Shown in pieces: positions 30,015 through 41,306 of a stretch of 64,000 nucleotides of DNA; within the stretch, counting starts at the first letter, position 1, and every line of letters begins with the position of its first letter. Both the position numbers and the translations under genes were made by a program. Origin of the DNA: an uncultured Acidobacteriota bacterium (GTDB lineage Bacteria > Acidobacteriota > Thermoanaerobaculia > Multivoradales > UBA5704); contig OY969474.1 in the NCBI GenBank assembly GCA_963700145.1, positions 4,544,001 through 4,608,000 on the forward strand, given 5' to 3'. The notes below the pieces were generated by a model that had not been told where the DNA came from, searched no databases, and saw nothing but the letters and a program-made list of their open reading frames with translations.

Positions 30015-31468
30015 GGCCGGGCATTCTGCCGTTCCATCTCCGGCGCCAGCAGCGCCGCACGGTCGAGCTTGCCGCGTTCGGTCCGCGGCAGCGCAGGCAC
30101 GAGCACCAGGCTGCGCGGCACCTTGTGCGGCGCCAGATGAGCGCGGCACCAGGCGAGGACCTCCTCGGCGGCGAGGCCGCCGCGGCAGGCGACGACGGCG
30201 CGCAGCACCGGCTCGGCGCCGGCGAGCGGCAGGCCGACGACCGCCACCTCCTCGACGCCGGCCAGGCGCGCCAGCACGCCTTCGACCTCGCGCGGGTCCA
30301 CCTTCCTGCCCTTGATGTTGATCAGGTCGTCCACCCGGCCGAGGAGCCGCAGCTCGCCGCCGTCCCAGGCGGCGAGGTCGCCGGTGGTGAAGCGGCCGCC
30401 GCCGAGCCGCGGGTCCGGCTCCGGCAGGTAACCCGCCGCCACCGCCGCCGACTCCACCCGCACGACGCCGCGGCCGGCCGCGCCGCCGTTCTCGTCGAGC
30501 GGCGCCAGCTCCACCCGCACGCCGTCCACCGGCGCGCCCACCGTGCCGCGCTCGCCGGCGCCGCCCTCGCGGTCGTAGCAGATGCCGCCGCATTCGCTGG
30601 CGCCGTAGAAGACGTGGACCGGCAGGCCGAAGGTGGCACGGAAGCGGGCGGCGGTGGCCGGCGGCAGCGGCGCGCCGGCGCTGACGACCAGGCGCAGGCT
30701 GCGCGGCCAGGCGGGCGGCTGCGACACCGCGAGGAGGGCGTTCAGGTAGGCCGGGACGGTGGGGAAGACGGTCGCCCCGGCCGCCACGGCGGCGGCGAAG
30801 GGGCCGAACGGGTCGCCGGCGTCGGCGAGCACCAGCGGCGTGCCGCGCACCAGCGCCGGCAGCGCCAGGCTGGAGAGGCCGTAGGAGTGCGACAGCGGGA
30901 TGGCGGCGAGGAGGCGGTCGTCCGTGCCGATCCCCATCGTCGCGGCGAGCGCCGCGTCGTCGGCGACCAGCGCTTCCGCCGGCGCGGCGATGCCGCGCGG
31001 CGCCCCGGTCGAGCCGGAGGTGAGCTTGACGACGGCGATCCCCGGCAGCTCGGCCGGCGCCCGCTCGGGGTCGGCGACCTCCGCCAGCGTCCAGTCCTCC
31101 GGGCCCGCCGGCCAGCCGGTGCGGCAGTCGAGGAGCGCCCGCGCCCCGAGCGCGCGCGCCGTGCGCTGCCGCTCGGCGGCGGGGGTCTGGGGGTCGAAGA
31201 GGAGCGCCGCGAGCCCCGCCCGCCGCAGCGCCAGGAGCGAGGCGAGGAAGCCGGGGCCGTTCGGGGCCGCGAGGCCGACGAGCGCCCCGTCCGGCAGCGC
31301 CGCCGCGCGCTCGGCGAGGCGCGCCCCGGCCGCCCGCGCCAGGGCGTCCACGTCCCCCGCGGTCGCGGTGCGCCGCGGCGAGACCACGAGCGGCCGGGAG
31401 GGGTCGCGCGCCATCCGCGCGAACGCGGCGAGGATCGGGTCCTGCGAGGGGGAGCTCTTCGGCTTCAG
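29987..31468 (-). CDS. AMP-dependent acyl-CoA/acyl-ACP ligase; start uncertain
   Basis: LTSGSTGAPRG, YGASECG, TGDL, LGRVDDLI, LPRTERGK. Confidence 0.9.
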   Translation of the reverse strand: MKPKSSPSQDPILAAFARMARDPSRPLVVSPRRTATAGDVDALARAAGARLAERAAALPDGALVGLAAPNGPGFLASLLALRRAGLAALLFDPQTPAAERQRTARALGARALLDCRTGWPAGPEDWTLAEVADPERAPAELPGIAVVKLTSGSTGAPRGIAAPAEALVADDAALAATMGIGTDDRLLAAIPLSHSYGLSSLALPALVRGTPLVLADAGDPFGPFAAAVAAGATVFPTVPAYLNALLAVSQPPAWPRSLRLVVSAGAPLPPATAARFRATFGLPVHVFYGASECGGICYDREGGAGERGTVGAPVDGVRVELAPLDENGGAAGRGVVRVESAAVAAGYLPEPDPRLGGGRFTTGDLAAWDGGELRLLGRVDDLINIKGRKVDPREVEGVLARLAGVEEVAVVGLPLAGAEPVLRAVVACRGGLAAEEVLAWCRAHLAPHKVPRSLVLVPALPRTERGKLDRAALLAPEMERQNARPPDPSLRSG

Positions 31469-31647
31469 GGCCGCGGCATCGTAGCACTCGCTCCGCGGCG
31501 CGGGCCGGCGCTCGGCGCTTGCCCGGCCCGCGCGGGAACGGCTAGGATGGCGGCTCCGGCGCACCACCGAGGTCGGGCAGTCCAGCGGAGCGGCGGCCCG
31601 CGCGCCCGCGGGGCGGAGGGTGCGCGCGGTCCTTTGGAGTCGATGCC

Positions 31648-31923
31648 ATGTCGCCAGCCGCAGCCATCCAGTCCCGCGTCAAGCGCCTCATCGTCGAGAG
31701 CCTCAACCTGGACGGCATGACCCCCGAGATGATCGACGAGCACGCCCCGCTCTTCGGCGACGGGCTGGGGCTCGACTCGGTGGACGCCCTCGAGCTGGTC
31801 GTGGCGCTGGAGCGGGAGTTCGGGATCAAGATCAAGAGCCAGGAGCTGGGTCAGGAGGTCTTCTCCTCGGTCACCAGCCTGTCGCACTTCATCGCCGGCC
31901 GCACCGCTCCGACCTCGAACTAG
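31648..31923 (+). CDS. Acyl carrier protein
   Basis: LFGDGLGLDSVDALEL phosphopantetheine site. Confidence 0.95.
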   Translation: MSPAAAIQSRVKRLIVESLNLDGMTPEMIDEHAPLFGDGLGLDSVDALELVVALEREFGIKIKSQELGQEVFSSVTSLSHFIAGRTAPTSN

Positions 31924-31938
31924 CCGCCGGGAGCCCGC

Positions 31939-33165
31939 TTGGACGATCGCTTCGCGGACGCGCCCCCCCGGCGCGTCGTCGTCACCGGCCTCGGCGCGGT
32001 CTCCGGCTACGGCTGGGGGGTGGAGGCCCTCTGGCGCGGTCTGCGCTCCGGCGAGACCCGCCTCGGACCCTTCGACGTCTTCGACCACAGCCGCCACCGC
32101 ACCCACGTCGCCGCGCAGGTGCCGCCGCCCCCCGTCGCGGCCGCGAACGGCGGCCGCGAGAGCGTCGCCGACCGCTTCGCCCTCGCCGCCGCCCTCGAGG
32201 CGGTGGCCCAGGCGGGGCTCGCGCCGCCGTTCGACGCGCTCGACGCCGGCCTCTGGTTCGGCAGCTCGACCGGCGGCATGCTGGAGGCCGAGCGCTTCTT
32301 CGCCCGCTTCCTCGCCGAGCGCCGCGCCGCGGCGATCGGGGTCCTGACGTCGCAGGAGGTCAACGGACCCGGCGACGCCGTGGCCCGCCGGCTCGGCGTC
32401 ACCGGGCCGGTGCAGACCATCTCGTCGGCCTGCGCCTCGGCGGCGCTCGCCATCGCGGCCGCCTTCGACGCGGTGCGCGCCGGCGAGGTCGAGGTGGCGC
32501 TGGCCGGCGGCTCCGACTCGCTCTGCCAGCTCACCTACGCCGGCTTCAACTCGCTGCGCGCCGTCGACGAAGGCCCCTGCCGTCCCTTCCGCGCCGGGCG
32601 CGAGGGGATGTCGCTCGGCGAGGGGGCGGCGGTGCTGGTGCTCGAGCCGCTCGCGGCGGCGCTCGGGCGCGGCGCCGTGCCGCTCGCCGAGGTGCGCGGC
32701 GCCGGCGCCTCCTGCGACGCCCATCACATGACCGCCCCGGAGCCGGAGGGCAGCGGCGCCGCCGCGGCGCTCGCCGCCGCCCTCGCCGACGCCGGCCTGC
32801 CGCCGGAGCGGATCGACTTCGTCAACGCCCACGGCACCGGCACGCCGCACAACGACGTCGCCGAGTACCGCGCCCTGCGGCGGGTCTTCGGCGAGCGCGC
32901 GGCGCGCCTGCCGCTCGCCGCCACCAAGGGGCTCCTCGGGCACCTGCTGGGGACCGCCGGCGCCATCGAGGCGGTGGCGACCGTCCTCTGCCTGGCGCGC
33001 GGCGAGGTCCACCCGGTGCCGCTGGACGGCGCGCTCGACCCCGAGCTGCCGGTGGACCTGGTGACCGGGGAGCCGCGGCGGCTCGCCGCCGAGGCGGCGG
33101 TCTCGACCAACCTCGCCTTCGGCGGCTCGAACGCGGCGCTGGTCTTCGCGAGCTGGACGGGCTGA
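31939..33165 (+). CDS. Beta-ketoacyl-ACP synthase (active KS)
   Basis: SSACASA, NAHGTGT, KGLLGH: Cys-His-His triad. Confidence 0.93.
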   Translation: MDDRFADAPPRRVVVTGLGAVSGYGWGVEALWRGLRSGETRLGPFDVFDHSRHRTHVAAQVPPPPVAAANGGRESVADRFALAAALEAVAQAGLAPPFDALDAGLWFGSSTGGMLEAERFFARFLAERRAAAIGVLTSQEVNGPGDAVARRLGVTGPVQTISSACASAALAIAAAFDAVRAGEVEVALAGGSDSLCQLTYAGFNSLRAVDEGPCRPFRAGREGMSLGEGAAVLVLEPLAAALGRGAVPLAEVRGAGASCDAHHMTAPEPEGSGAAAALAAALADAGLPPERIDFVNAHGTGTPHNDVAEYRALRRVFGERAARLPLAATKGLLGHLLGTAGAIEAVATVLCLARGEVHPVPLDGALDPELPVDLVTGEPRRLAAEAAVSTNLAFGGSNAALVFASWTG

Positions 33166-34401
33166 TGGCGCCGGACGGCGGGTCGGGCGGCGGAGTCGTC
33201 GTCACCGGGCTCGGCACCGTCGGGGCTTGCGGCGCCGGCGGCGCGGGCCTCGCCGCGGCGCTCGCCGCCGGCGTGCCGCCCCTGTCCGAGGTCGATCGCG
33301 CCGCCGGCTACCACCGGCCGGGGAGCGCCCGCCTCGCCTGCCTGGCGCGCGGCGTGGCGCTCGCGCCCTGGCTCGCGCCCGCCGAGGCGCGGCGGATGAG
33401 CCCGCCCTCCAAGCTCGCGGTGGCGGCGGCGCGAATGGCGCTCGCCGAGGCGGGCGCGGCGGACGCAGACGACGATGGCACGACCGCCGTCGTCCTCGCC
33501 ACCACCTTCGGCCCCTCCTCCTACACCGAGGGCATGCTCAAGCAGATCTTCCTCGACAGCCCCGAGAGCGTCTCGCCCTTCCTCTTCACCGAGTCGGTGG
33601 CCAACGCGGCGGCGGCGCAGGTGGGGATCGCCTGCCGCGCGCGCGGCCCCAACGTCACCATCGCGCAGCGCGAGGCCGGGGCGCTCCTCGCCGTCGGCCG
33701 CGGCGCCGCCGAGGTCGCCTCGGGGCGGGTGCGCCGGGCGCTGGTCGGCGTGGTCGAGGAGATGACGCCGCTGCTGCACGCCGTCCTCGACCGCTTCGGC
33801 GCGCTGGCGCGCGCCAACGGCGACGGCGAGGAGCGGGCCCGCCCGCTCGACCGCCGGCGCAACGGCTACCTGGCCGCCGAGGGCGCGACGGTGCTGGTGC
33901 TGGAGCGGGAGGAGGACGCGACGCGGCGCGGCGCCCGGCCGCTCGCCAAGGTCGCCGGCTGGGGGAGCGCCTTCGACCCCACCGCGCCGTCGCACGGCTG
34001 GGGCGAGGGGGAGGCGGGGCTCGCGCGCGGCCTCGGCCGCTCGTTGGCGCGCGCCGGCGTTGCCGCTCTCCGAGATCGAACGCATCGTCTCCGGCGCCTC
34101 GGGGGCGCGCGGCGCCGACCGCCTGGAGGCGCGCACCCTCCGCGCCGCCTGGGGCGAGGCGCCGCTGCCGCCGCTGGTGGCGCCCAAGGCGGTGACCGGC
34201 GAGCACGGCGGCGGCTTCCTCGCCGCGGCGGTGCTGGCGGCGGCCGGCGCGCCGGTGGCGGCGCCGGCCGGCTTCGCGCCCGACCCCGCGCTCGGCGTGG
34301 CGCCGGCGAACGGCGCGCCGCTCCCGGCGCCCGGCCTCACCCTGGTCACCAGCCTCGCCGCCGGCGGCGCCGCCGCCTGGCTGCTGCTCGCCTCCAAGTA
34401 G
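33165..34401 (+). CDS. KS-like chain-length factor (frameshift ~34060)
   Basis: SPFLFTESVANA, NVTIAQREAG (catalytic Cys absent), AEGATVLVLE; C-terminus in shifted frame. Confidence 0.85.
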
Positions 34402-34415
34402 ACTCCGCCCTAGCC

Positions 34416-35102
34416 GTGCTTGCCGACACCCGGGTGGCCGCCGCGATCCCGGCCTACAACGCCGCGCCCAGCCTCGGAGAGGTGGTGCGCGGCACCCGCG
34501 CCGTCGTCCCCGACGTGCTGGTCGTGGACGACGGCTCCGCCGACGCGACCGCCGAGGTGGCGCGCGCCGCCGGCGCGCGGGTGCTCGTGCAGCCCGAGAA
34601 CCGCGGCAAGGGGGCGGCCCTCGCCCTCGCCTTCCGCACTCTCTTCGCCGACGGCTGCGGCGGCGTCGTCACCCTCGACGCCGACGGCCAGCACCTGCCG
34701 GAGGAGATCCCCAAGCTGCTGGCGGCGGCCGGCGGCGGCGCCGACCTGGTGCTCGGCGTGCGCGACCACCTGTTCGGCGAGATGAGCGCGCTGCGGCGGG
34801 CGAGCAACCGCCTCTCCTCGCGCGCCATCTCCTTCGCCGCCGGCCAGCCGCTCTGCGACATCCAGACCGGCTTCCGCTACTACTCGCGCCGGCTGGTCGA
34901 GGCGGTGGGCTTCCCCGAAGGGCGCTTCGAGGCCGAGAGCGCGGTCGTGGTGCGGGCGGCGCGGTGCGGCTTCCGCGTCGAGTGCGTGCCGGTGCGCCTG
35001 GGCTTCGCCGACGGCCGCACCTCCAGCCACTACCGGCCGCTGCTCGACTCGCTGCGCATCGCCGGCGCCGTCACCCGCGCCCGCTTCCGGGGGCGGCGGT
35101 GA
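34416..35102 (+). CDS. Glycosyltransferase family 2
   Basis: IPAYNA, VVDDGS, NRGKG, TLDADGQH, DIQTGFR. Confidence 0.92.
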   Translation: MLADTRVAAAIPAYNAAPSLGEVVRGTRAVVPDVLVVDDGSADATAEVARAAGARVLVQPENRGKGAALALAFRTLFADGCGGVVTLDADGQHLPEEIPKLLAAAGGGADLVLGVRDHLFGEMSALRRASNRLSSRAISFAAGQPLCDIQTGFRYYSRRLVEAVGFPEGRFEAESAVVVRAARCGFRVECVPVRLGFADGRTSSHYRPLLDSLRIAGAVTRARFRGRR

Positions 35103-35845
35103 CGCCGGACCTTCCCGCGGGCGGCGGCGCCGTGCTGGTGACCGGCGGCAGCCGCGGCATCGGGCGGGCGATCGTCGAGGCGCTGGTGGCCGAGGGGCGG
35201 AGCGTCGCGTTCACCTGGCGCGCGCAGGAAGGTGCGGCGCGCGAGGTGGAGGCGGCCGCCGGCGGCCGCGCCCGCGCCTTCCATCTCGACTTCGCCGACC
35301 GCGACCGCCCGGACGAGCTGGTGCGCGAGGTGGAGGGATCGCTCGGGCCGCTCGACGGGCTGGTCAACAACGCCGGCGAGCGGCGCGAGGGGCTCCTCGC
35401 CCTGACCTCCGACGCCGACTGGGAGGCGGTGCTCGACGCCAACCTCTCCGGCCTCTTCCGCTGCTGCCGCGCGGCGCTGCGCGGCATGGTGGTGCGCCGG
35501 CGCGGCGCGATCGTCAACGTCTCCTCGCTCTCGGCGCTGCGCGGCGTCGCCGGGCAGACCGCCTACGCCGCCGCCAAGGCCGGCGTGCTGGGCCTCACCC
35601 GCGCCCTGGCGCGCGAGGTCGGGCGGCGCAACATCCGGGTCAACGCCGTGGTGCCCGGCTTCGTGGCGACCGAGATGACCGCCGGCGTGCCGCCCGAGGC
35701 GGTGGCGCTCCTGCGCTCCGGCGAGTGCCTGCCGGGGGGCACCACCCCCGCCGCGGTGGCCGGCGCCGTCTGCTTCCTCCTCTCCGACCGCGCCGCCGCG
35801 ATCACCGGCCAGGCGCTGGTGGTCGACGCCGGCGCCTCGGCGTAG
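35099..35845 (+). CDS. fabG: 3-oxoacyl-ACP reductase (FabG-like SDR)
   Basis: TGGSRGIG, NNAG, YAAAK, PGFVAT. Confidence 0.88.
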   Translation: MTPDLPAGGGAVLVTGGSRGIGRAIVEALVAEGRSVAFTWRAQEGAAREVEAAAGGRARAFHLDFADRDRPDELVREVEGSLGPLDGLVNNAGERREGLLALTSDADWEAVLDANLSGLFRCCRAALRGMVVRRRGAIVNVSSLSALRGVAGQTAYAAAKAGVLGLTRALAREVGRRNIRVNAVVPGFVATEMTAGVPPEAVALLRSGECLPGGTTPAAVAGAVCFLLSDRAAAITGQALVVDAGASA

Positions 35846-35856
35846 CCGGTCTCGGA

Positions 35857-38336
35857 ATGCCCCTCGCACCGTGGATCGCCCGCCGGCCGGGGTGGGTGCT
35901 GGCCGCCGGCCTCGCCGTCACCGTCGCCGCGCTCGCGGTGGCGGCGGCGCGGCTGCGGATCGAGACCGACCTCGCCGCCCTCCTGCCGCGCGACGCCCCG
36001 GCCGCGGCCGACTACCGCGCCTTCCTCGAGACCTTCGGCGGCTTCGAGAAGGTGTTCGTGGTGGTCCGCGCCGGCGGTGACGGTGTGGACGCCGGGACTC
36101 TGATCGCCGCGGCCGACCGCCTCGCCGAGCTGCTCGCCGCGAGCCCCGAGGTGGCGTCGGCGCGCTCCGGCCTGACCGAGGAGGACCAGGCCTTCTTCCT
36201 CCGCCACGTCGCGCCGCGGGCGCCGCTCCTCGCCGACCTGCCCGCCGCCGAGCTGCGGCGGCGGCTCGAGCCGGCGGCGGTCCGCGCCCGCGCGGCGGAG
36301 CTGCGTCGCCTGCTCACCACCCCGGCCGGCGGCGCCGCCGCGCCGCTCCTCGCCGCCGATCCGCTGGGCTTCGCCGAGGGGCTCCTGGAGTCGGCGCACG
36401 CCACCCTGCCGCTCGATCCGCTCTCCGGCGCCTTCCTCGCGCCGGGCCGGGACGCGGCGCTGGTGGTGCTGACGCCGGCGCGGGCGGAGATCGACCCGGA
36501 GGGCGGCCGCGCCCTCGCCGCCGCGATCGCGGCCGCCGCGGCGCGCGTGCGCCGCGAGCTGGGCGTGCCGCTCCGCGTCGAGGCCGGCGGCGGGCCGCTC
36601 TACGCGGCGCAGGACGAGGCGATCCTGCGCGCCGACCTCTCGCGCACGCTCTCGGGCTCGGTCCTCGGCGTCGCGCTGGTGCTGCTGGTCGGGTTCGAAG
36701 GGGTGATGGTGCCCGGCGCCATCCTCCTCGCGGTGACCGCGGGCGTCGTCTGGACCGGCGCCTTCGCGGCGCTCGCGGTGGGCGCGCTCACCGGCGTCGG
36801 CGTCGGCTTCACCGCCGCCCTGGTCGGGCTCGGCGTCGAGTACGGGGTCCACGGCGGCGCCCGCTTCCAGACCGCGCGCCTGGCCGGCGCCACGCCGGCC
36901 GCGGCGCTCGCGCGCGCCTTCGCCGAGGCGGGCCCCGGGATCGTCTCCTCGGCGCTCACCACCGCCGTGGCGCTCGCGGCGCTGGCGCTCTCGCACTTCC
37001 GGCCGCTGCGCGAGATGGGGATCGTGCTGACCGCCGGGGTGCTGGCGACGCTGGTCACGACCGCCACGCTCGGCGCCGCGGCCCTGGTGTTCCGACACCG
37101 GCGGGAGGTGAGCACCCGCCGGCCGGGCTCTGGCGCACCCGCGCGCAGCCGGCGGTGGACGCGCTGGTGGGCTCGCCGCGCGCCGCCCGCGCGCCGTGCT
37201 GGCGGCGGCGCTGGCGCTGTCCGTCGCGGCCGGCGCCGGGCTTTCGCGCCTCGACTTCGACGCCGACCTTCGCGCCCTCCGCCCCGCCGACCATCCGGCG
37301 CTGGCGGTCGAGCGGCTGCTCGTCGAGCGCTTCGGGCTCGGGCTCGACACCGCGACCGTCGTGGTGCGCGGCGGGGACCTCGGCGAGGCGCTGGCGCGTG
37401 CCGCGCGGGTCGAGCGCGCGCTCCGGCAGGCGCTCGGGCCGGAGCCGAAGTCTCCTCGCCTTCGGATTGGCTGGCGGCCGGCGCGGCGCGCGACGCCCGC
37501 CTGCGCCGGCTCGCCGGGTTGCCGCTCGCCCGCGCCGCCGCCGACCTCGAGCGCGAGCTGGCCGCCGCCGGCCTGAACCCGCGCGCCTTCGCGCCCGGTC
37601 TCGACGCCCTGCGGGCGCTGGCGCGCGGCGACGACCCCGGCGCCCCGGAACCCGCGGTTTGGCCGGACTGGGTGCGCGAGCTGGTGCGCGCGCCGGCGCC
37701 GGGCGGCGGCGCCGCGGTGGCGGTCAACCTCCGCCTGCCGCTCGGCGGCGAGCGCGCCGCCCGCGCCGCGGTGCTGCGGCGCTGGCGCCGCTCGGGCCGG
37801 GGATCGCCTTCGCCTCGGCGCCGCGGGTGGGGGAGGAGCTGCGCCGCCTCGCCCTCGCCGATCTCCGCCGCTCGAGCGCGGTGGCGCTGCTGCTCGTCGC
37901 CGCGGTCGTCCTCGCCTCCTTCCGCGGCCGGCCGGGCCCGTCGGCGCTCTCGGCGCTGCCGCTCGCCCTCGGCTGCCTCTGGACCTTCGGCCTCTGGGGC
38001 GCGGCCGGCCGGCCGATCGACCTGCTGTGCATCGCCACCCTCCCCGTCCTCTTCGGCACCGGCATCGACCTCGGCGTCCACGCCCTGCACACGGCGCGCG
38101 CGCACCCGCACGGCGTGGCCGGGGCGGCGCGCGAGCTGGGGCTGGCGATGACGCTGACCGTCGTCACCACCGGCATCGGCTTCGGCAGCCTCGCCTCGTC
38201 GCGGGTGCCGGGGCTGCGCAACGCCGGCTTGATCGTGGCGGTCGGGGTGGTAGCTTGCCTCCTCGCCACGCTCACCGTCCTGCCGGCCCTCGGCGCGCTG
38301 GCCCCGCGCCGGCGTGAGGGAGCGGCGCCGCCGTGA
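35857..38336 (+). CDS. MMPL/RND-family exporter (several frameshifts)
   Basis: LRIETDLAALLP, GLGVEYGVH, ALTTA...SHFRPLREMG; second repeat GTGIDLGVH, TTGIGFGSL. Confidence 0.85.
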
Positions 38337-39281
38337 GCGCGCGCACCCTCCGCGAGCGCCCGCCGCACGCGCCGGAGATCGGGCTGGCGCGGCGCCTGCT
38401 CGGCCGCTTCCACGTCACCGGCGTCTTCTGGTACCGCCTCCACCGCTTCGGCGTGACCGTCGTCCCCGAGCCGCTCTTCGGCCTCGGCATGCACGTCTTC
38501 ACGACCTTCTTCTGGCTCGCCCTGCGCCGCATCCGCGCCGCCATCGCCGCCAACCTCGAGCCGGTGCTCGGCCCCTGCGGCTTCTGGCGGCGGCAGGCGC
38601 GCATCTACCGCACGATCCACGAGTTCGCCTGGTGCCTGTCGGAGCGCTACGAGCGGCTGACGGGGGGGAAGGAAGCGGCGTCGGCGCTCGACGGCGAGGA
38701 GACCTGGCGCGCGGCGCTCGCCACGGGAACGGGGTTCCTGCTGCTGTCGGCGCACGTCGGCCCGTGGGAGAGCGGCTCGATGACGCCGGCGACGCGCGAC
38801 CGCCGCCGCGTCCACCTGGTGCGCGAGGGCGAGGCCCGACCCCGACGCCGACCGCTTCGTCCGCGCGCTGCTCGAAGAGCAGGCGCCGGGGCTCCACGTC
38901 ACCCATTTCGCGGACGACGACCCGCAGCTCGGCGCCGTGCTGCTCGACGCCGTTCGCGCCGGCGACATCGTCGCTCTCCAGGGCGACCGCCCGCGCGCCG
39001 GCGGCCGCACGCTCGAGGTGCCGCTCTTCGGCCGGCCGTTCCCTTTCCCGGTCGGCCCCGCGGCGCTGGCGCGCGCCGCCGGCGTGCCGATGGTGCCGGT
39101 CTTCACCCTGCGCGAGGGGCGCCTACGCTACCGGGCCCGCGTGCGGCCGCCGATCGAGGTGGCGCGCACCGCCGACCGCGAGGCCGACCTGCGGCAGGCG
39201 CTGGCGCGCTACGCCGCCGAGCTGGAGGCGGCGATCCGCGAGCGGCCGCACCAGTGGTTCCTGTTCCGCAAGCTCAGGTGA
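38333..39281 (+). CDS. LpxL-like lysophospholipid acyltransferase (frameshift ~38835)
   Basis: SAHVGPWE, ALQGDR, LFGRPFPFPVGP, IRERPHQWF. Confidence 0.85.
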
Positions 39282-40023
39282 GGAAGGCGCTGAGCGTGCC
39301 GCCGGCGTAGAGGACGCCGCCGGCTTCGACCCGCCAGTCGTAGACCGCGAGCGCGCGGGCGCCGCCGGCTGGGTGGACGGTGACCACATAGAGAGCTTCC
39401 GCCGCGAGCCACGGCTGCGGGAACGCGGCCTCGCGCACCCCGACGAGATAGCCGAGACCCGGCGCCCCTCCCGTCCCGCCCAACGCCGCCAGCGCGGCGG
39501 CCGTCTGCGCCGCCATCTCCAGGGCGAGCACGGCGGGGGCGCGGCCGTCGCGGACGAACGGCGAGCCGCCCGGCGCGACGGCGAGCGCGGCGAGGCCGTC
39601 GCCGTCGCGCGCCAGGAGGCGGCGCAGGAACAGCGCCGGCGGGCGGTGGGGAACGAGTTCCTCGACGGCCGGAAACTCCTCCGGCGAAGAACGAATCGCA
39701 GAGCCCTGATCGAGCGCGGCTTGCGCCGCCGCCGCGGCGGTCTCCTCGATCCTCGCCGCGCCGTCGCTCACCCGCTCCTCACCCAGCTGCAGCTCGAACC
39801 GCACTTCGTCGTCACCGACCGCCGCGAGCCGCACTTCGGGCTCCTCACCCGGCCCCACCGCCCGCCGGAAGCGCACCCCGCGCAACGCCGCGAGACGCAT
39901 CTTCCGCCCGGCCTCCCGCGACAGCGCCGCCTCGACGAACGCAAGCTGCGCCACCCCCGGCAGCACCGGGCGCTCCGGGAAATGACCGGCGAAGAACCGC
40001 TCGAGGTCCCGCGCCGCGATCAG
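39274..40023 (-). CDS. Double hotdog dehydratase (ApeI-like plus ApeP-like domains); start uncertain
   Basis: FFAGHFPERPVLPGVAQL and LVPHRPP...LEMAAQTAA...GYLVGVR. Confidence 0.8.
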   Translation of the reverse strand: MIAARDLERFFAGHFPERPVLPGVAQLAFVEAALSREAGRKMRLAALRGVRFRRAVGPGEEPEVRLAAVGDDEVRFELQLGEERVSDGAARIEETAAAAAQAALDQGSAIRSSPEEFPAVEELVPHRPPALFLRRLLARDGDGLAALAVAPGGSPFVRDGRAPAVLALEMAAQTAAALAALGGTGGAPGLGYLVGVREAAFPQPWLAAEALYVVTVHPAGGARALAVYDWRVEAGGVLYAGGTLSAFLT

Positions 40024-41306
40024 GATGACGGGCTCGCGGCGAGCAGCGAGAACCCCGGCCGCCGCCGCGTGATCGCCACCCGCCGGTGTAGCGCCACGAT
40101 GAGGTCGAGGAGCCGCAGGCGCCAGCGGACGGCGGCGATCGGGCGCGGGAAGACGTGGCCGGCGAGCACCGAGATGACCGCCCGGTGCATGGCCAGCGGC
40201 CCGAGGGCGTCGAGGAAGATGTCGCGGAAGGCGGGGTCGTAGTAGAGGTGGACCATGCGGAAGAAGGGCGCGGAGCTGTCGCGCACGAAGCGGACGTAGC
40301 GGCGGCGCACCGCCTCGGCCCGCGCCGTGCCGCGCAGGATCGCGGCGATGCCGCGCGCCGCCTCGGCGGCGCTCAGCATGCCGAGGCAGACGCCGGTCGA
40401 GAAGATCGGATCGACGAAGGTGGCCGCGTCGCCGGCCAGGAAGTAGCCGGGGCCGGCGTAGGGCTCGCAGCGGTAGCTGAAGTCGGCGGCGACGGCGTTG
40501 GCGGCGGGGAAGACGGCGCCGGCGGTGCGCTCGGCGAGGAGCGGCGTGCGGCGGATCGCCCAGGCGAGCATCTGGTTGGCCGGCACGCCGGTCGAGCGCG
40601 CGGCGTCGGCGTCGATCACCAGGCCGATGCTGGTGCGCTCCGCGTCGAGCGGGATGAGCCAGAACCACCCCTCGTCGCACATCACGATCACGATGTAGCC
40701 GCCTTCGATCCCGGGCTTCCGCCAGACCCCGGAGAAGTGCCCGAAGTAGGCGACGTTCTTCGGCCGCGGCAGCACGCGCCGTGTCTGGAGGTGGCGCCCG
40801 ACGACCGTCCCCTGGCCGCTGGCGTCGATCAGCCAGCGGCCGCGCACGCTGCGGCCGTCGTCGAGCGCGACGGCCACGTCGCCGTCGGCGAGCCGCAGCA
40901 CCGACCGTACCGCCACGCCTTCGACCACCTCGGCGCCGGCGTCGCGCGCCGCGGCGAGGAGCATGGCGTCGAACGGCGCGCGCTCGATGTTGACGGCGCT
41001 GACCTCCCCCGGCGCCAGCCCCTGGTCGAAGACGATGGAGTTCGACTCGCTGCCGTCGCCCATGCCGAACTCGGCGCCGAACTTGGGGACGTGGGGGATC
41101 GCCGCCAGCCGTTCCTCGAGGCCTAGCTCGCGGATCAGGCCCATGTTGCGCGGCAGGAACGACTCGCCGATGTGGAAGTGGGGGAAGGTGGCGCGGTCGA
41201 CGACCAGCGCCGTGAGGCCTTCGCGGCGGAGGGCGAGCGCGGCGGTGGCGCCGGCGGGGCCGCCGCCGATGACCAGGGCGTCGTAGAGCTCGGAAGGAGT
41301 GCTCAT
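40020..41306 (-). CDS. FAD-dependent oxidoreductase, flavin-dependent halogenase-like
   Basis: GGGPAG, HIGESFLP, PKFGAEF, WFWLIP (WxWxIP), GDAATFVDPIFSTG. Confidence 0.85.
   Translation of the reverse strand: MSTPSELYDALVIGGGPAGATAALALRREGLTALVVDRATFPHFHIGESFLPRNMGLIRELGLEERLAAIPHVPKFGAEFGMGDGSESNSIVFDQGLAPGEVSAVNIERAPFDAMLLAAARDAGAEVVEGVAVRSVLRLADGDVAVALDDGRSVRGRWLIDASGQGTVVGRHLQTRRVLPRPKNVAYFGHFSGVWRKPGIEGGYIVIVMCDEGWFWLIPLDAERTSIGLVIDADAARSTGVPANQMLAWAIRRTPLLAERTAGAVFPAANAVAADFSYRCEPYAGPGYFLAGDAATFVDPIFSTGVCLGMLSAAEAARGIAAILRGTARAEAVRRRYVRFVRDSSAPFFRMVHLYYDPAFRDIFLDALGPLAMHRAVISVLAGHVFPRPIAAVRWRLRLLDLIVALHRRVAITRRRPGFSLLAASPSS

Noticed and set aside
31620-35102. 1160-aa ORF suggesting a CLF-GT2 multidomain synthase
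   Set aside because: N-terminal half is an off-frame shadow of ACP and KS; the CLF-GT2 join results from the indel near 34060
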